From NCBI GenBank assembly GCA_934168355.1, contig CAKPNI010000001.1, positions 3,886 through 67,885 on the forward strand: DNA of 64,000 bases, given 5' to 3'. A program made the position numbers and the translations under genes. The notes under the pieces were generated by a model. It was not told the origin of the DNA, searched no databases, and saw nothing but the letters and a program-made list of their open reading frames with translations. The stretch's first letter is position 1. Each line of letters starts with the position of its first letter. Positions 1 through 9,421 of the stretch are shown one piece after another. Origin of the DNA: an uncultured Clostridia bacterium. GTDB lineage: Bacteria > Bacillota > Clostridia > TANB77 > CAG-508.

Positions 1-105
1 TAAAAATAAAAGAAAAAATGCGAAAAAATAAGAAAATGAAAGAAAAATACACGACTGATAGCATAAAAGATGAGAAAAAACAGAATTAATAATAGAAAAT
101 TATTG

Positions 106-134
106 TTGAAAAAATAATGAAATGTAATTATAAT
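106..134 (+). promoter_or_regulatory. Putative sigmaA promoter of ctsR operon (-35 TTGAAA 106-111, 17-nt spacer, -10 TATAAT 129-134)
   Basis: Consensus-like hexamers with 17-nt spacing directly upstream of the CtsR operator. Confidence 0.5.
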
Positions 135-142
135 AGCAATAA

Positions 143-160
143 AGGTCAAAGAAAGTCAAA
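143..160 (+). promoter_or_regulatory. CtsR operator (heptad direct repeat AGGTCAAA-GAA-AGTCAAA)
   Basis: Matches the CtsR box consensus (A/G)GTCAAAnAn(A/G)GTCAAA. Lies just downstream of the -10 and upstream of ctsR, as expected for autoregulation. Confidence 0.8.
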
Positions 161-201
161 AACAAACAAAACTTGAAAGTAAGTGGAAAGAAACTTTTCT
201 G

Positions 202-242
202 ATTGGGGGACGGTTCCTTTGGCGAAAAGAACCGTCCCCAAT
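202..242 (+). repeat. Palindromic repeat element copy R1 (TTGGGGGACGGTTCCTTT-GGCG-AAAAGAACCGTCCCCAAT) in ctsR 5' UTR
   Basis: 18-bp inverted arms seen directly. Member of a family recurring through the window. Followed by AAAGAAAGGAG SD and the ctsR ATG. Confidence 0.85.
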
Positions 243-264
243 ACGAAAAAAGAAAGGAGAACCT

Positions 265-708
265 ATGAGAGTATCAGATATAATAGAAGAATTTATCAAA
301 GAGTTATTCAATGACGAAGAAGAAATAGAAATACAAAGAAACGATTTAGCACAAAAGTTCAACTGTGTACCATCGCAAATAAACTATGTAATCTCAACAA
401 GGTTTAAGCCGTCACAAGGATACTATGTAGAAAGTAGGCGTGGAGGAGGAGGACACATAACAATAAAAAAAGTAAGTAATACAAAATCAGATTATATAAT
501 GCATATAATAGAAAATATAGGAGAAACATTACAAAATAGTGAAGCTGACATTTTAATAAGTGATTTTCTAACATACAATTTAGTAAATGAGAAAGAGGCA
601 CAACTATTAAAAGTTGCGACAAGCGATAACGTTTTAGATATTCCAAAAGAATACCGAGATAAACTGCGAGCAAATATTTTTAAGAATATGTTATTAAATC
701 TTGATTAA
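265..708 (+). CDS. ctsR: Transcriptional repressor CtsR
   Basis: 147 aa with N-terminal HTH and glycine-rich loop (RRGGGGHITIKK) typical of CtsR. Heads the ctsR-mcsA-mcsB-clpC operon. Confidence 0.9.
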   Translation: MRVSDIIEEFIKELFNDEEEIEIQRNDLAQKFNCVPSQINYVISTRFKPSQGYYVESRRGGGGHITIKKVSNTKSDYIMHIIENIGETLQNSEADILISDFLTYNLVNEKEAQLLKVATSDNVLDIPKEYRDKLRANIFKNMLLNLD

Positions 709-710
709 TT

Positions 711-812
711 GTACGAAAAAGAACCGGTCCCAAAAGAACATGTTCATAAAAGAACCGGTCCCAAAAGAGCAAAGAGCAAAATGAACCCAAAAAGAACCGG
801 TCCAAATGGGTC
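711..812 (+). repeat. Three tandem direct half-site copies (AAAAGAACCGGTCCCAAA at 716-738, 748-767, 789-806) of the palindromic repeat family in the ctsR-mcsA intergenic region
   Basis: Direct sequence repeats. The first copy (715-745) is identical over about 31 nt to 4895-4925. Confidence 0.85.
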
Positions 813-840
813 AAAAAAAACAAAGAAAGGAATGATAATT

Positions 841-1413
841 ATGAAATGTGAAAATTGTGGAAAAAATGAGGCAAATGTAAAATATACCCAAATAATAAAT
901 GGAGAAAAAAAGCAAATGTTTTTATGTGAAGAATGTAGTAAAAAACTAGGAATAAGTGACATACACTTTAATATGCCAATAAGTTTTAATAGCTTTTTGG
1001 AAGATTTTTTTGACGACATGAATGATGTAAGTTTTATGCCAACATTAGGAGCAGGAAACAAAGAGTTAAAATGCAGTAAATGTGGCTTAACATGGGATGA
1101 CTTTTTACATACTGGAAATTTAGGATGCAGTAACTGTTATGAAGAATTTGAAGCAAGACTTAATCCAATTTTAAGAAGTTTGCAAGGGGCAACATCACAT
1201 ATTGGAAGACTTGGAGATGTTATAGAGGGAAATGACATAAAACCTAATTTATATGACAAAGAAAATACAAGTGCCATAGAGGAAAGCAAAAATATAAGCA
1301 AAGTAGATGAACTAAAAGAAGAATTAAAACAAGCCATAAAAGAAGAGAGATATGAAGAGGCTGCAAAACTTCGTGACGAGATTAAAAATTTAGAAAACGG
1401 ACAGGAGGAATAG
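841..1413 (+). CDS. mcsA: McsA-like protein arginine kinase activator (zinc-finger plus UvrB/C motif)
   Basis: CxxC pairs (CENCGK, CEECSK, CSKCG, CSNC) and C-terminal UVR motif EEAAKLRDEIKNLE. Position between ctsR and mcsB. Start placed at ATG 841 after SD AAAGAAAGGA; the 709 ORF start lies inside the repeats. Confidence 0.8.
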   Translation: MKCENCGKNEANVKYTQIINGEKKQMFLCEECSKKLGISDIHFNMPISFNSFLEDFFDDMNDVSFMPTLGAGNKELKCSKCGLTWDDFLHTGNLGCSNCYEEFEARLNPILRSLQGATSHIGRLGDVIEGNDIKPNLYDKENTSAIEESKNISKVDELKEELKQAIKEERYEEAAKLRDEIKNLENGQEE

Positions 1414-1416
1414 TAT

Positions 1417-2421
1417 ATGAATTGGTATTTACAAAGAGGAAAAGATAGTGATGTTGTAGTAAACTGTAAAATTATGTTTTCTAGAAATTTAAGAAATCAT
1501 AGGTTTAATACCAGAAGTCTACCAGAAATTCAAGAGATAGAAAATGAAGTTAAATCAAAATTACAAGGAATAGGATATAATCTAAAATTTATAAAAATAA
1601 AAGATTTTGATGAATTAACCAAAAGGTCTATGGTAGAAAAAGGCTTGATAGATGAAGCAACTATCAAAAATGAAAATACATCAATTTTAATAAATGATGA
1701 CGAAAATATTTGTATTGTACTTAATTCTCAAGACCATATAGAAATCCAAGTTTTTAATGCAGGAATGGAACTTGAAAGTACATTTAATTTAGCAAAAGAA
1801 ATTGACAACAAAATTGATAAAATTTTTGATATTGCAAAAAGTAAAAAATACGGATATCTAACTTCATCCCCATTAGATGTAGGAACAGGATTAAAAGCAG
1901 AAGTTACAATTCATTTACCGGGACTTACAATGACCGGAAATATGAGAAAAGTAGCCATTGCCATGAATAATTTAGGAGTAAGCTTTAGTAGCAAATATAT
2001 TAACGGCCAAGAAAATATAGGAGATATCTACAAGATGAAAAATAAGCAAACATTAGGAATTTCAGAGGATACAATTATTAATAATTTAAAGGCTATTAGT
2101 GAAAAAATGATAGAGCAAGAAAGAGCTGCAAGAAGCATACTGGGAAAAAATCAGATTGAGCTTGAAGATATGGTGTATAGAGATTTTGGAACATTAGTTA
2201 ATGCAAGAAAATTGAGATGGCAAGAAGCAATTAAACTTATGTCAAATGTAAAAATGGGTGTTGATATGGGAGTAATTAAGGAACTAAGTGATAATGATAT
2301 TGCTAAAATTTACTTTTATATAGAACCAGCAAGTCTTCAGAAATATTTTAATCAAAATTTGGATGGATATGACAGAGATATCAAACGCGGAGAGATGATT
2401 AGAAATATTGTAAAAAAATAA
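1417..2421 (+). CDS. mcsB: Protein arginine kinase McsB
   Basis: 334 aa phosphagen-kinase-like protein. Operon context between mcsA and clpC. Confidence 0.85.
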   Translation: MNWYLQRGKDSDVVVNCKIMFSRNLRNHRFNTRSLPEIQEIENEVKSKLQGIGYNLKFIKIKDFDELTKRSMVEKGLIDEATIKNENTSILINDDENICIVLNSQDHIEIQVFNAGMELESTFNLAKEIDNKIDKIFDIAKSKKYGYLTSSPLDVGTGLKAEVTIHLPGLTMTGNMRKVAIAMNNLGVSFSSKYINGQENIGDIYKMKNKQTLGISEDTIINNLKAISEKMIEQERAARSILGKNQIELEDMVYRDFGTLVNARKLRWQEAIKLMSNVKMGVDMGVIKELSDNDIAKIYFYIEPASLQKYFNQNLDGYDRDIKRGEMIRNIVKK

Positions 2422-2437
2422 GAGAGGAGTAAATAAT

Positions 2438-4891
2438 ATGATATATAAATTTACATCAAGAGCCAAAAAGGCAATTGAGGTTGCACAGGATGAAGCAATT
2501 TCTCTTGGACACAACTATATAGGAACTGAACATGTTTTATATGGTTTGATAAAAGAGGGGGCAGGAGTTGCAAGTAGAGTTTTACAAAATCAAGGAATAA
2601 CTGCTGAAGATATAGAAGCAAAAATCATTGAAATGATAGGCAAAGAAGTAATTACAGAAACTGACACACTGGGTTTTACCCCAAGAACCAAAAGGGTTAT
2701 AGAAAATAGTTTTATAGAGGCTAGAAAACTCGGATATGACTACATAGGAACAGAACATCTTTTAATGGGAATTTTAAGAGAGGGAGATAGTATTGCTGTT
2801 AGAATTTTACTTGATTTAGATGTTGAATTACCTAAGTTGTACAACGAAATTGTACATGTTATAAATGAAGCAGAAGATGTATCAAGAGAAAGTAAATCAA
2901 ATGATAAACAAAATGGAAGTTTTAATTCAACTCCAACTTTAAACCAATTTGGAGAAGATTTAACAAAAAAGGCTAAAGATGGAAGGCTAGACCCAGTAGT
3001 TGGTAGAAGTAAAGAGATTGAAAGAGTTATTCAAATTTTATCAAGAAGAACAAAAAATAATCCATGTTTAATAGGAGAGCCGGGTGTTGGTAAAACTGCA
3101 ATTGTAGAGGGCTTGGCACAAAAAATTAATTTGGGAGATGTACCTGAAATTCTTAAAAATAAAAGAGTTGTAAGTATGGATATTTCAGGAATGGTTGCAG
3201 GTGCAAAGTACAGAGGCGATTTTGAAGAAAGAATTAAAAAGGCTTTAGGAGAAGTAAAAAAAGCAGGAGATGTAATATTATTTATTGATGAAATTCATAC
3301 AATAGTTGGTGCAGGTTCTGCAGAGGGTGCGATTGATGCTGCAAATATTTTAAAACCTATGCTTGCAAGAGGTGAAATTCAGTTAGTTGGTGCAACTACA
3401 ATTGGAGAGTATAGAAAATATATAGAAAAAGATACAGCATTAGAGCGTAGATTTAGCCCTGTTACCGTAAATGAGCCAACTGAAAAGGATACTATTACAA
3501 TCTTAAAAGGAATAAGAGATAAATATGAAGCTCATCATAATGTAAAGATTACAGACGAAGCAATAGAAGCAGCTGTTACATTATCTGAAAGATATATTAA
3601 TGATAGATTTTTACCAGATAAAGCAATAGATTTAATTGATGAGGCATCTTCAAAAGCTAGACTTCAGACTTACACAGAGCCAGAAAGTTTGAAAGATATG
3701 CAAGAAGAAATTGACAAAATATCAAAAGACAAAGAAGAAGCGGTTCGTGGTCAAAAGTTTGAGAAAGCGGCATCACTTAGAGATGAGGAAAAGGCTTTAA
3801 GAGAAAAATATGAAAAAGAGGAGAAAAAGTGGAAAAATCAAAATACTAAAAAAGTCGTTACAATAACAGAAGAAAATATTGCAGATGTAATTTCACTTTG
3901 GACAGGAATTCCAGCTAAAAAGATATCAGAAGACGAAAATGAAAGACTTCGTAACTTAGAAAAAACATTACACGAAAGAGTAATCGGTCAAAATGAAGCA
4001 GTAGAAGCAGTAAGCAAGGCAATAAGAAGAGGAAGAGTAGGTCTAAAAGACCCAAATAGGCCAATAGGTTCATTCCTATTTTTAGGTCCAACAGGTGTAG
4101 GAAAAACAGAGTTATCAAAAGCATTAGCAGAAAGCCTATTTGGAGATGAATCTGCAATGATAAGAATTGATATGTCTGAATATATGGAAGCACATTCGGT
4201 ATCAAAGCTTATAGGATCTCCTCCGGGATATGTAGGATTTGAAGAAGGAGGCCAGTTAACTGAAAAGATTAGAAGAAAACCATATTCTGTAATTTTGTTT
4301 GATGAGATTGAAAAAGCACACCCTGATGTAATGAATATGCTTCTTCAAATACTTGATGATGGAAGACTTACAGATTCCAATGGTAGAACAGTTAATTTCA
4401 AAAACACTGTAATTATTATGACATCTAATATTGGTGCAAGAATTATTACAGATAAAAGAACTTTAGGTTTCTCAAACGAAACAAAAAATGGTGACAAAAA
4501 TAAAGATGAACAAAAAGAATATGAAAATATCAAAAAAGAAGTAATGGCTGAATTAAAACGAGAGTTTAGACCAGAGTTTATAAACCGTATTGATGAGATA
4601 ATTGTATTCCATAAGTTGAATGATGATGAAATTTCTAAAATTATTGAGTTAATGCTTAATGAGGTTAAAAATAGAATGAAAACTCAAAAATACGTGATTG
4701 AATTTTCGCCTAAAGTTAATGAATTAATTTCTAAACAAGGTATTGACAAAGCTTTTGGTGCAAGACCTCTTAAAAGAACTATTCAGAATTTAGTTGAAGA
4801 TAAAATTGCTGAAGCTATTTTGGACGGTGTTGTTAAAAAAGGTAAAGAGGCAAGTGTTGATTGTGATGGAGAAGAGATAGTAATTAGGTAA
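2438..4891 (+). CDS. clpC: ATP-dependent Clp protease ATP-binding subunit ClpC
   Basis: 817 aa with two Clp N-repeats, two AAA+ modules (GEPGVGKT, GPTGVGKT) and UVR linker. Confidence 0.95.
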   Translation: MIYKFTSRAKKAIEVAQDEAISLGHNYIGTEHVLYGLIKEGAGVASRVLQNQGITAEDIEAKIIEMIGKEVITETDTLGFTPRTKRVIENSFIEARKLGYDYIGTEHLLMGILREGDSIAVRILLDLDVELPKLYNEIVHVINEAEDVSRESKSNDKQNGSFNSTPTLNQFGEDLTKKAKDGRLDPVVGRSKEIERVIQILSRRTKNNPCLIGEPGVGKTAIVEGLAQKINLGDVPEILKNKRVVSMDISGMVAGAKYRGDFEERIKKALGEVKKAGDVILFIDEIHTIVGAGSAEGAIDAANILKPMLARGEIQLVGATTIGEYRKYIEKDTALERRFSPVTVNEPTEKDTITILKGIRDKYEAHHNVKITDEAIEAAVTLSERYINDRFLPDKAIDLIDEASSKARLQTYTEPESLKDMQEEIDKISKDKEEAVRGQKFEKAASLRDEEKALREKYEKEEKKWKNQNTKKVVTITEENIADVISLWTGIPAKKISEDENERLRNLEKTLHERVIGQNEAVEAVSKAIRRGRVGLKDPNRPIGSFLFLGPTGVGKTELSKALAESLFGDESAMIRIDMSEYMEAHSVSKLIGSPPGYVGFEEGGQLTEKIRRKPYSVILFDEIEKAHPDVMNMLLQILDDGRLTDSNGRTVNFKNTVIIMTSNIGARIITDKRTLGFSNETKNGDKNKDEQKEYENIKKEVMAELKREFRPEFINRIDEIIVFHKLNDDEISKIIELMLNEVKNRMKTQKYVIEFSPKVNELISKQGIDKAFGARPLKRTIQNLVEDKIAEAILDGVVKKGKEASVDCDGEEIVIR

Positions 4892-4899
4892 TTTGTACG

Positions 4900-4949
4900 A
4901 AAAAGAACCGGTCCCAAAAGAACATTGTTCGTTTGGGACCGGTTCTTTT
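4900..4949. terminator. Palindromic repeat element copy R3 (about 24-bp stem, TTG loop) between convergent clpC and CDF genes; probable bidirectional terminator
   Basis: AAAAAGAACCGGTCCCAAAAGAACA-TTG-TTCGTTTGGGACCGGTTCTTTT. Followed by TTTTG on the + strand and preceded by A-run. Flanked by convergent stops at 4891 and 4957. Confidence 0.7.
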
Positions 4950-4956
4950 GTGAACA

Positions 4957-5820
4957 TTATACAGGCTCAACATGCACAATAGTCTTATAAACATTATCAA
5001 GTTTACTAACACTTCTCTCAACACTATCTGCCAAAGAATGGCTATCAAAAGTAGACATATTACCATCAACACAAATGACGATAACAATTACATATTTATA
5101 TCCAACGGGAGAAGAGCTAATACTTTGAACTTCCTTAATATCTTGATAAGAATTTACAATATCTAAGATTAAATCTTTAGTTTTATCATCAACAGAAATA
5201 TCCATTAAAACATTATAACTTTCGATAAAAAATGAAAAACCAGTAAATCCGATCCAAATAGAAATTCCAATACCAGTTAAACTATCAAACCAATAGATAC
5301 CTTTTAAAGTAAGTAAAACAGAAATTAAAGTAAAAGTTGTTACAATACAGTCATTTCTATGGTCATTCATATTAGCATTAAGTAAGATATTGTCATATTT
5401 TTTTGCAGCTGTTCTAGTATATAAATATAAGAAAAGTTTTACACCAATAGTAATAAAGCAAGTTACCACAAGAAGCCATGAAAATTTTAATTCGCTTCCA
5501 AATATAAGTGTTTTTATTGAATCATACAATAATTTAAAACTAACCACAATCATTGATATTCCAATAAACATAGAGAAGATGTATTCTGCTTTACCATGTC
5601 CAAAATTATGGTCATCATCTTTTGGTGCACTTGAAATTTTGTTGCCAATAAAAGTCAGAAGTGATGCAAAAATATCACCAGCTGAATTTATACTGTCTGC
5701 AATCATGGCTTGACTTTTGGTAGCAAAACCAATTGTTCCTTTTATAATTAATAAAAATATATTACCTAAAATACCTAAAATTCCAACTTTCTTGGTTTGA
5801 GAAAAACGATTATCATCCAT
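4957..5820 (-). CDS. Cation diffusion facilitator family transporter
   Basis: 287 aa, six TM helices, CDF-type HxxxD motifs, C-terminal cytoplasmic domain. Confidence 0.8.
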   Translation of the reverse strand: MDDNRFSQTKKVGILGILGNIFLLIIKGTIGFATKSQAMIADSINSAGDIFASLLTFIGNKISSAPKDDDHNFGHGKAEYIFSMFIGISMIVVSFKLLYDSIKTLIFGSELKFSWLLVVTCFITIGVKLFLYLYTRTAAKKYDNILLNANMNDHRNDCIVTTFTLISVLLTLKGIYWFDSLTGIGISIWIGFTGFSFFIESYNVLMDISVDDKTKDLILDIVNSYQDIKEVQSISSSPVGYKYVIVIVICVDGNMSTFDSHSLADSVERSVSKLDNVYKTIVHVEPV

Positions 5821-5954
5821 TAATTAGCCACATCCTTTATACAATTTTTATGAAAATATAATCTTAAGTATATCACATTTAGGTTAAAAAGTTAATAAAA
5901 ACAGTAAAAATTACAGAAATATTACATTATTGTTACAAAAATATTACAAAAGTG

Positions 5955-5983
5955 TTGCATAATTTTTACAAAAGTGATATAAT
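5955..5983 (+). promoter_or_regulatory. Putative sigmaA promoter (TTGCAT, 17 nt, TGnTATAAT)
   Basis: Extended -10 consensus upstream of the 6020 ORF. Confidence 0.45.
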
Positions 5984-6019
5984 TGATATGTACAAAGGAA
6001 ATTTTGTGAGGTGATTAAG

Positions 6020-6355
6020 ATGAAAGGTATTGGAATTTTAATATATATTTTAATATTTATAATAGTAGCTTTAATTGGATATGCGGTAGTTCAAATTAAA
6101 GCATTTGGAATGAATGTAAAAGATTTTTGGAGCTTTATAGAAGCAAACCAAACTTTAGATAGATTGTATGCTTTTTCAAAAAAATATGAAAAACTAAGTG
6201 TACAAGAACAATTGATATACTTAAAAGAAGCAGAAGAAATATTTAATGCTTTTGATAAAGTGCCTAATGCATTATGGGAAGATGAATATGAAAAATATAA
6301 CACAGTACTAGAAAAGTACAAAGATATCAAAATGCTAAGATGGGCAAATAATTAA
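6020..6355 (+). CDS. Hypothetical small membrane protein
   Basis: N-terminal TM helix. ATG at 6020 after GTGAGGTGA SD. Confidence 0.5.
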   Translation: MKGIGILIYILIFIIVALIGYAVVQIKAFGMNVKDFWSFIEANQTLDRLYAFSKKYEKLSVQEQLIYLKEAEEIFNAFDKVPNALWEDEYEKYNTVLEKYKDIKMLRWANN

Positions 6356-6451
6356 TTAAGCTTAACATAATAATTCCTAAATATATAGATGATAGCTAGG
6401 TCATAGGACTTAGCTATTTTTTTAGGATTTTTTATTGACAAAAATAAACAT

Positions 6452-6988
6452 TTGTTCTATAATAAAGCAAATGAAATCGAAAAAGTAAAGATTGGAGCAA
6501 ATAAATTGAAAAAAATTGGATTTACAATAGGCAAATATGCACCATATCATATAGGTCATAAATTTTTAATAGAAACAGCATTAAAAGATATGGATGAATT
6601 TTATGTGGTGGTTTATGATACACCAGAGTTAAATATAAAAATAGAAGATAAAATTAAATGGATACAAAGTGATTTTCCGTATGTGAAGATTTTAAAGGCT
6701 TATAATAGTCCAAAGCAATATGGTTTGGATGAAGAAAGTGTGAAAATGCAGATGGAATATTTGTGCAAAATAATTGGAGATGTTAAATTTACTCATTTTT
6801 ATAGTAGTGAAGAGTATGGAAGATGCGTTGCAGATTATCTAGGAATCCAAAATGTTGAGGTGGATAAGGAAAGAAAGATTTTTAATGTGAGAGCAAGTGA
6901 TATAAGGGGTGATGTGGAGAAGTTTAAAATGTATTTGAATGATGAGGTTTATAGGGATTTGAGTGAAAAAAAAATTCTAAAAGCTTGA
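6452..6988 (+). CDS. Cytidylyltransferase-like (HxGH) nucleotidyltransferase, NMNAT/TagD-like
   Basis: GKYAPYHIGH motif resembling the (T/H)xGH nucleotidyltransferase signature. Start uncertain (possible TTG 6507). Confidence 0.55.
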   Translation: MFYNKANEIEKVKIGANKLKKIGFTIGKYAPYHIGHKFLIETALKDMDEFYVVVYDTPELNIKIEDKIKWIQSDFPYVKILKAYNSPKQYGLDEESVKMQMEYLCKIIGDVKFTHFYSSEEYGRCVADYLGIQNVEVDKERKIFNVRASDIRGDVEKFKMYLNDEVYRDLSEKKILKA

Positions 6989-7057
6989 CAAGGTTCATGA
7001 TATAGTATAAAATGCAAACAAAAGTTCTTGAACTCGAAATAAAGGGAGTGATTAAAA

Positions 7058-8095
7058 TTGAATAATATAGAGAATTTAAAAGATTTAATTATTTACCAAA
7101 GCCAAAATAATGAAAATATATCGGTGGAAGTTTTATATAATGAAGAAGATTTTTGGTTAACACAAAAATCAATGTCTAAGTTATTTAATGTAGCAGAAAA
7201 CAATATTACATATCATTTACAGAATATATTTAAAACAGAGGAACTAAAGAAAGAAGCAGTTACTCAAAAAATTAGAGTAACTGCTTCAGACGGAAAAAAA
7301 TACAATACAAATTTTTATAGCCTTGATGCAATTATAGCCGTAGGATACAGAGTAAATTCAAAAGAAGCAACAGATTTTAGAATATGGGCAACAAAAACAT
7401 TAAAAGAATACATAAAAAAAGGTTTTGTTGTTAATGGTGAAATGTTGAAAAATGGACCTAAATTCGGTAAAGATTACTTTGATGAATTATTAGCTAAAAT
7501 AAAAGAAATTAGGGCTAGTGAAAGAAGATTTTATCAAAAAATAACAGATATATATAAAGAATGTAGTTTTGATTATGACAAAAAAAGTCAAACAACACAA
7601 GAATTTTATAAAAATGTTCAAAATAAGTTACATTATGCAATTACTGGAATGACTGCTCCTGAAATAATTAAATATGATATATATACAGATGCTAGCTTTG
7701 ACAATCAAAGTAAAATTGCAACATATGCAAAGAAAAATAGTAACTTTATATTAAAATGGATTTCACGCAATTTAAATAAGGTTGCACATAAACAAACATA
7801 TAATATGTTAAAAAGAGTCAGAAAAATTAAAAACGTAGGAAATATAAAAGAGGATTTATTAATAAGTAAAAATGTTTTTTGTAGTCTTTTATCGAATTAC
7901 GATAAAAATAGATATTTAATTCTAGTGTATTTAGTAGATATTTTAGATGGAGAAAGTTTAATCAAAATAACTCAGAAAGAGGTTTCAGAAAAGCTAAAGA
8001 TAAATTTAGGTATAGTAAATAAGAGTTTTGGACAACTTATTGAAATGAAAATTTTAGAAAAGGTAAAGAATGGAATATATATGTTATTGATATAA
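7058..8095 (+). CDS. RhuM-family (virulence protein RhuM) protein
   Basis: Strong similarity over the N-terminal 150 aa to the RhuM family (LFNVAENNITYHLQNIFKTEEL, NTNFYSLDAIIAVGYRVNSKEATDFRIWATKTLKEYIKKGF). TTG start after AAAGGGAGTG SD. Confidence 0.8.
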   Translation: MNNIENLKDLIIYQSQNNENISVEVLYNEEDFWLTQKSMSKLFNVAENNITYHLQNIFKTEELKKEAVTQKIRVTASDGKKYNTNFYSLDAIIAVGYRVNSKEATDFRIWATKTLKEYIKKGFVVNGEMLKNGPKFGKDYFDELLAKIKEIRASERRFYQKITDIYKECSFDYDKKSQTTQEFYKNVQNKLHYAITGMTAPEIIKYDIYTDASFDNQSKIATYAKKNSNFILKWISRNLNKVAHKQTYNMLKRVRKIKNVGNIKEDLLISKNVFCSLLSNYDKNRYLILVYLVDILDGESLIKITQKEVSEKLKINLGIVNKSFGQLIEMKILEKVKNGIYMLLI

Positions 8096-8132
8096 ATTAA
8101 AACAAGAATTCATATATTAAATTATTCTAAAA

Positions 8133-8147
8133 GCATTGTGTGACCAT
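8133..8147 (+). repeat. 15-bp direct repeat GCATTGTGTGACCAT (copy 1)
   Basis: Exact 15-mer recurs at 11925-11939. Both copies lie in intergenic regions. Confidence 0.7.
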
Positions 8148-8245
8148 AGCTCTTTAAACCAAATTATTAAAAATATAAAATATTAAAGAATGGAAAAAAG
8201 TAAAAGAGAGAATTATATGCCAAATGGAGATAGGAGGAAATAAAT

Positions 8246-9301
8246 ATGCAAAATAGAAAAAATAGCATTTCAGAAAAAATAAGTGATAACTATAATTTAA
8301 TTAATTCTAAGGCGATATCCAATTATTGTAGAAAAATAAAACATAAATTTAATACAGAAGAATTAGCTGTTTTAGTATACAGAAATAATAGAATGAGTAT
8401 AGAAGAAAAAATAGAAAAATATACAGAATTAGTAAACAATTATCCTGATATGGAAGTAATAAAAAGAATTAATTGCAAACATTATGATAGTGTAAAAACT
8501 ATGATAAAAAATGAAATTCAAAGGCTACAAAATCTATACAAAAAGTTAAAAGAAGAAGATAAAGATAGCATTTGTGTTTGGACAGAATATAATAAATCAA
8601 CATTAAGATATGACCATAATAGTGATACAAAAAATACATTTAGAACTTACAAAGAAGCATATAAAGATATACAAGAATATATTGAAGAATATGATGATAC
8701 AATATCTTTTGATATTAAGAAAAAATATTTTGATAAAGAAAAAAGAGATATTTTTGCAACATATATTGTAGAAAATAAAAAAATAAAATTAACAAATTTA
8801 CATGAATGTAATGATGAGTTGATAGATATAGACCAAATATTTTTAAATATACCAACATCGTTTAAAAAAGGAGATATACTTGTTTCAAAAAATAGCTCAA
8901 TATTTAATTGCGGAGATTATAGTGAAATTTTTGTTTTAGATTATTTATGCACATGGAATGAAGATTTAGAACAAAAATTAATAAAAGGGTATTGGGATTC
9001 TTCAGATATGATTGGATACGGATATTATTTATACGGGGAAGATTCCACAGATTTTGTATTAGACCACAAATGGAGTTATGATTGTTTTGAGTACTATGAT
9101 GGAGAATTTACCGGAAAAAATAGAATTTTAAAAGATATAAGTAGCTTTATAAAAGGTAAAATTAATTTAGAATTATTTGTCCATGCATATGATTATTACA
9201 AAAATGATTTTAATTATAACTTGTCAGACTTTTATACTGATGAGGGTTTAAAATTAGCTGGAATGAGTGAAGAAGATATTAAAAAAATAAATTATAAATA
9301 A
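8246..9301 (+). CDS. Hypothetical protein (351 aa, Tyr/Asp-rich C-terminal half)
   Basis: ORF with SD GGAGG upstream. No recognisable domain. Confidence 0.5.
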   Translation: MQNRKNSISEKISDNYNLINSKAISNYCRKIKHKFNTEELAVLVYRNNRMSIEEKIEKYTELVNNYPDMEVIKRINCKHYDSVKTMIKNEIQRLQNLYKKLKEEDKDSICVWTEYNKSTLRYDHNSDTKNTFRTYKEAYKDIQEYIEEYDDTISFDIKKKYFDKEKRDIFATYIVENKKIKLTNLHECNDELIDIDQIFLNIPTSFKKGDILVSKNSSIFNCGDYSEIFVLDYLCTWNEDLEQKLIKGYWDSSDMIGYGYYLYGEDSTDFVLDHKWSYDCFEYYDGEFTGKNRILKDISSFIKGKINLELFVHAYDYYKNDFNYNLSDFYTDEGLKLAGMSEEDIKKINYK

Positions 9302-9421
9302 TAAAAAGTGAATTTTATTAAAAAATATATAGTGAAAGATATATTGTAAAATTTAATTTGTTATGCTATTATTGATTTGACGGTAAAACGACAATAAAAT
9401 AAGGAGTAAAAGGAAAAAATT

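Noticed and set aside
1-140. Purine-rich A/G tract at window start
   Set aside because: No ORF or repeat structure. Probably a 3' UTR or intergenic region of the upstream gene; nothing actionable.
156-362. Minus-strand 68-aa ORF (and similar ORFs 744-1061, 4884-5087, 49592-49832, 47361-47561) overlapping the palindromic repeats
   Set aside because: Their translated sequences (e.g. GSPFFFRIGDGSFRQRN, KRTGPKR) are simply read-throughs of the repeat. They lack RBS and overlap real genes on the other strand. Artefacts of the six-frame track.
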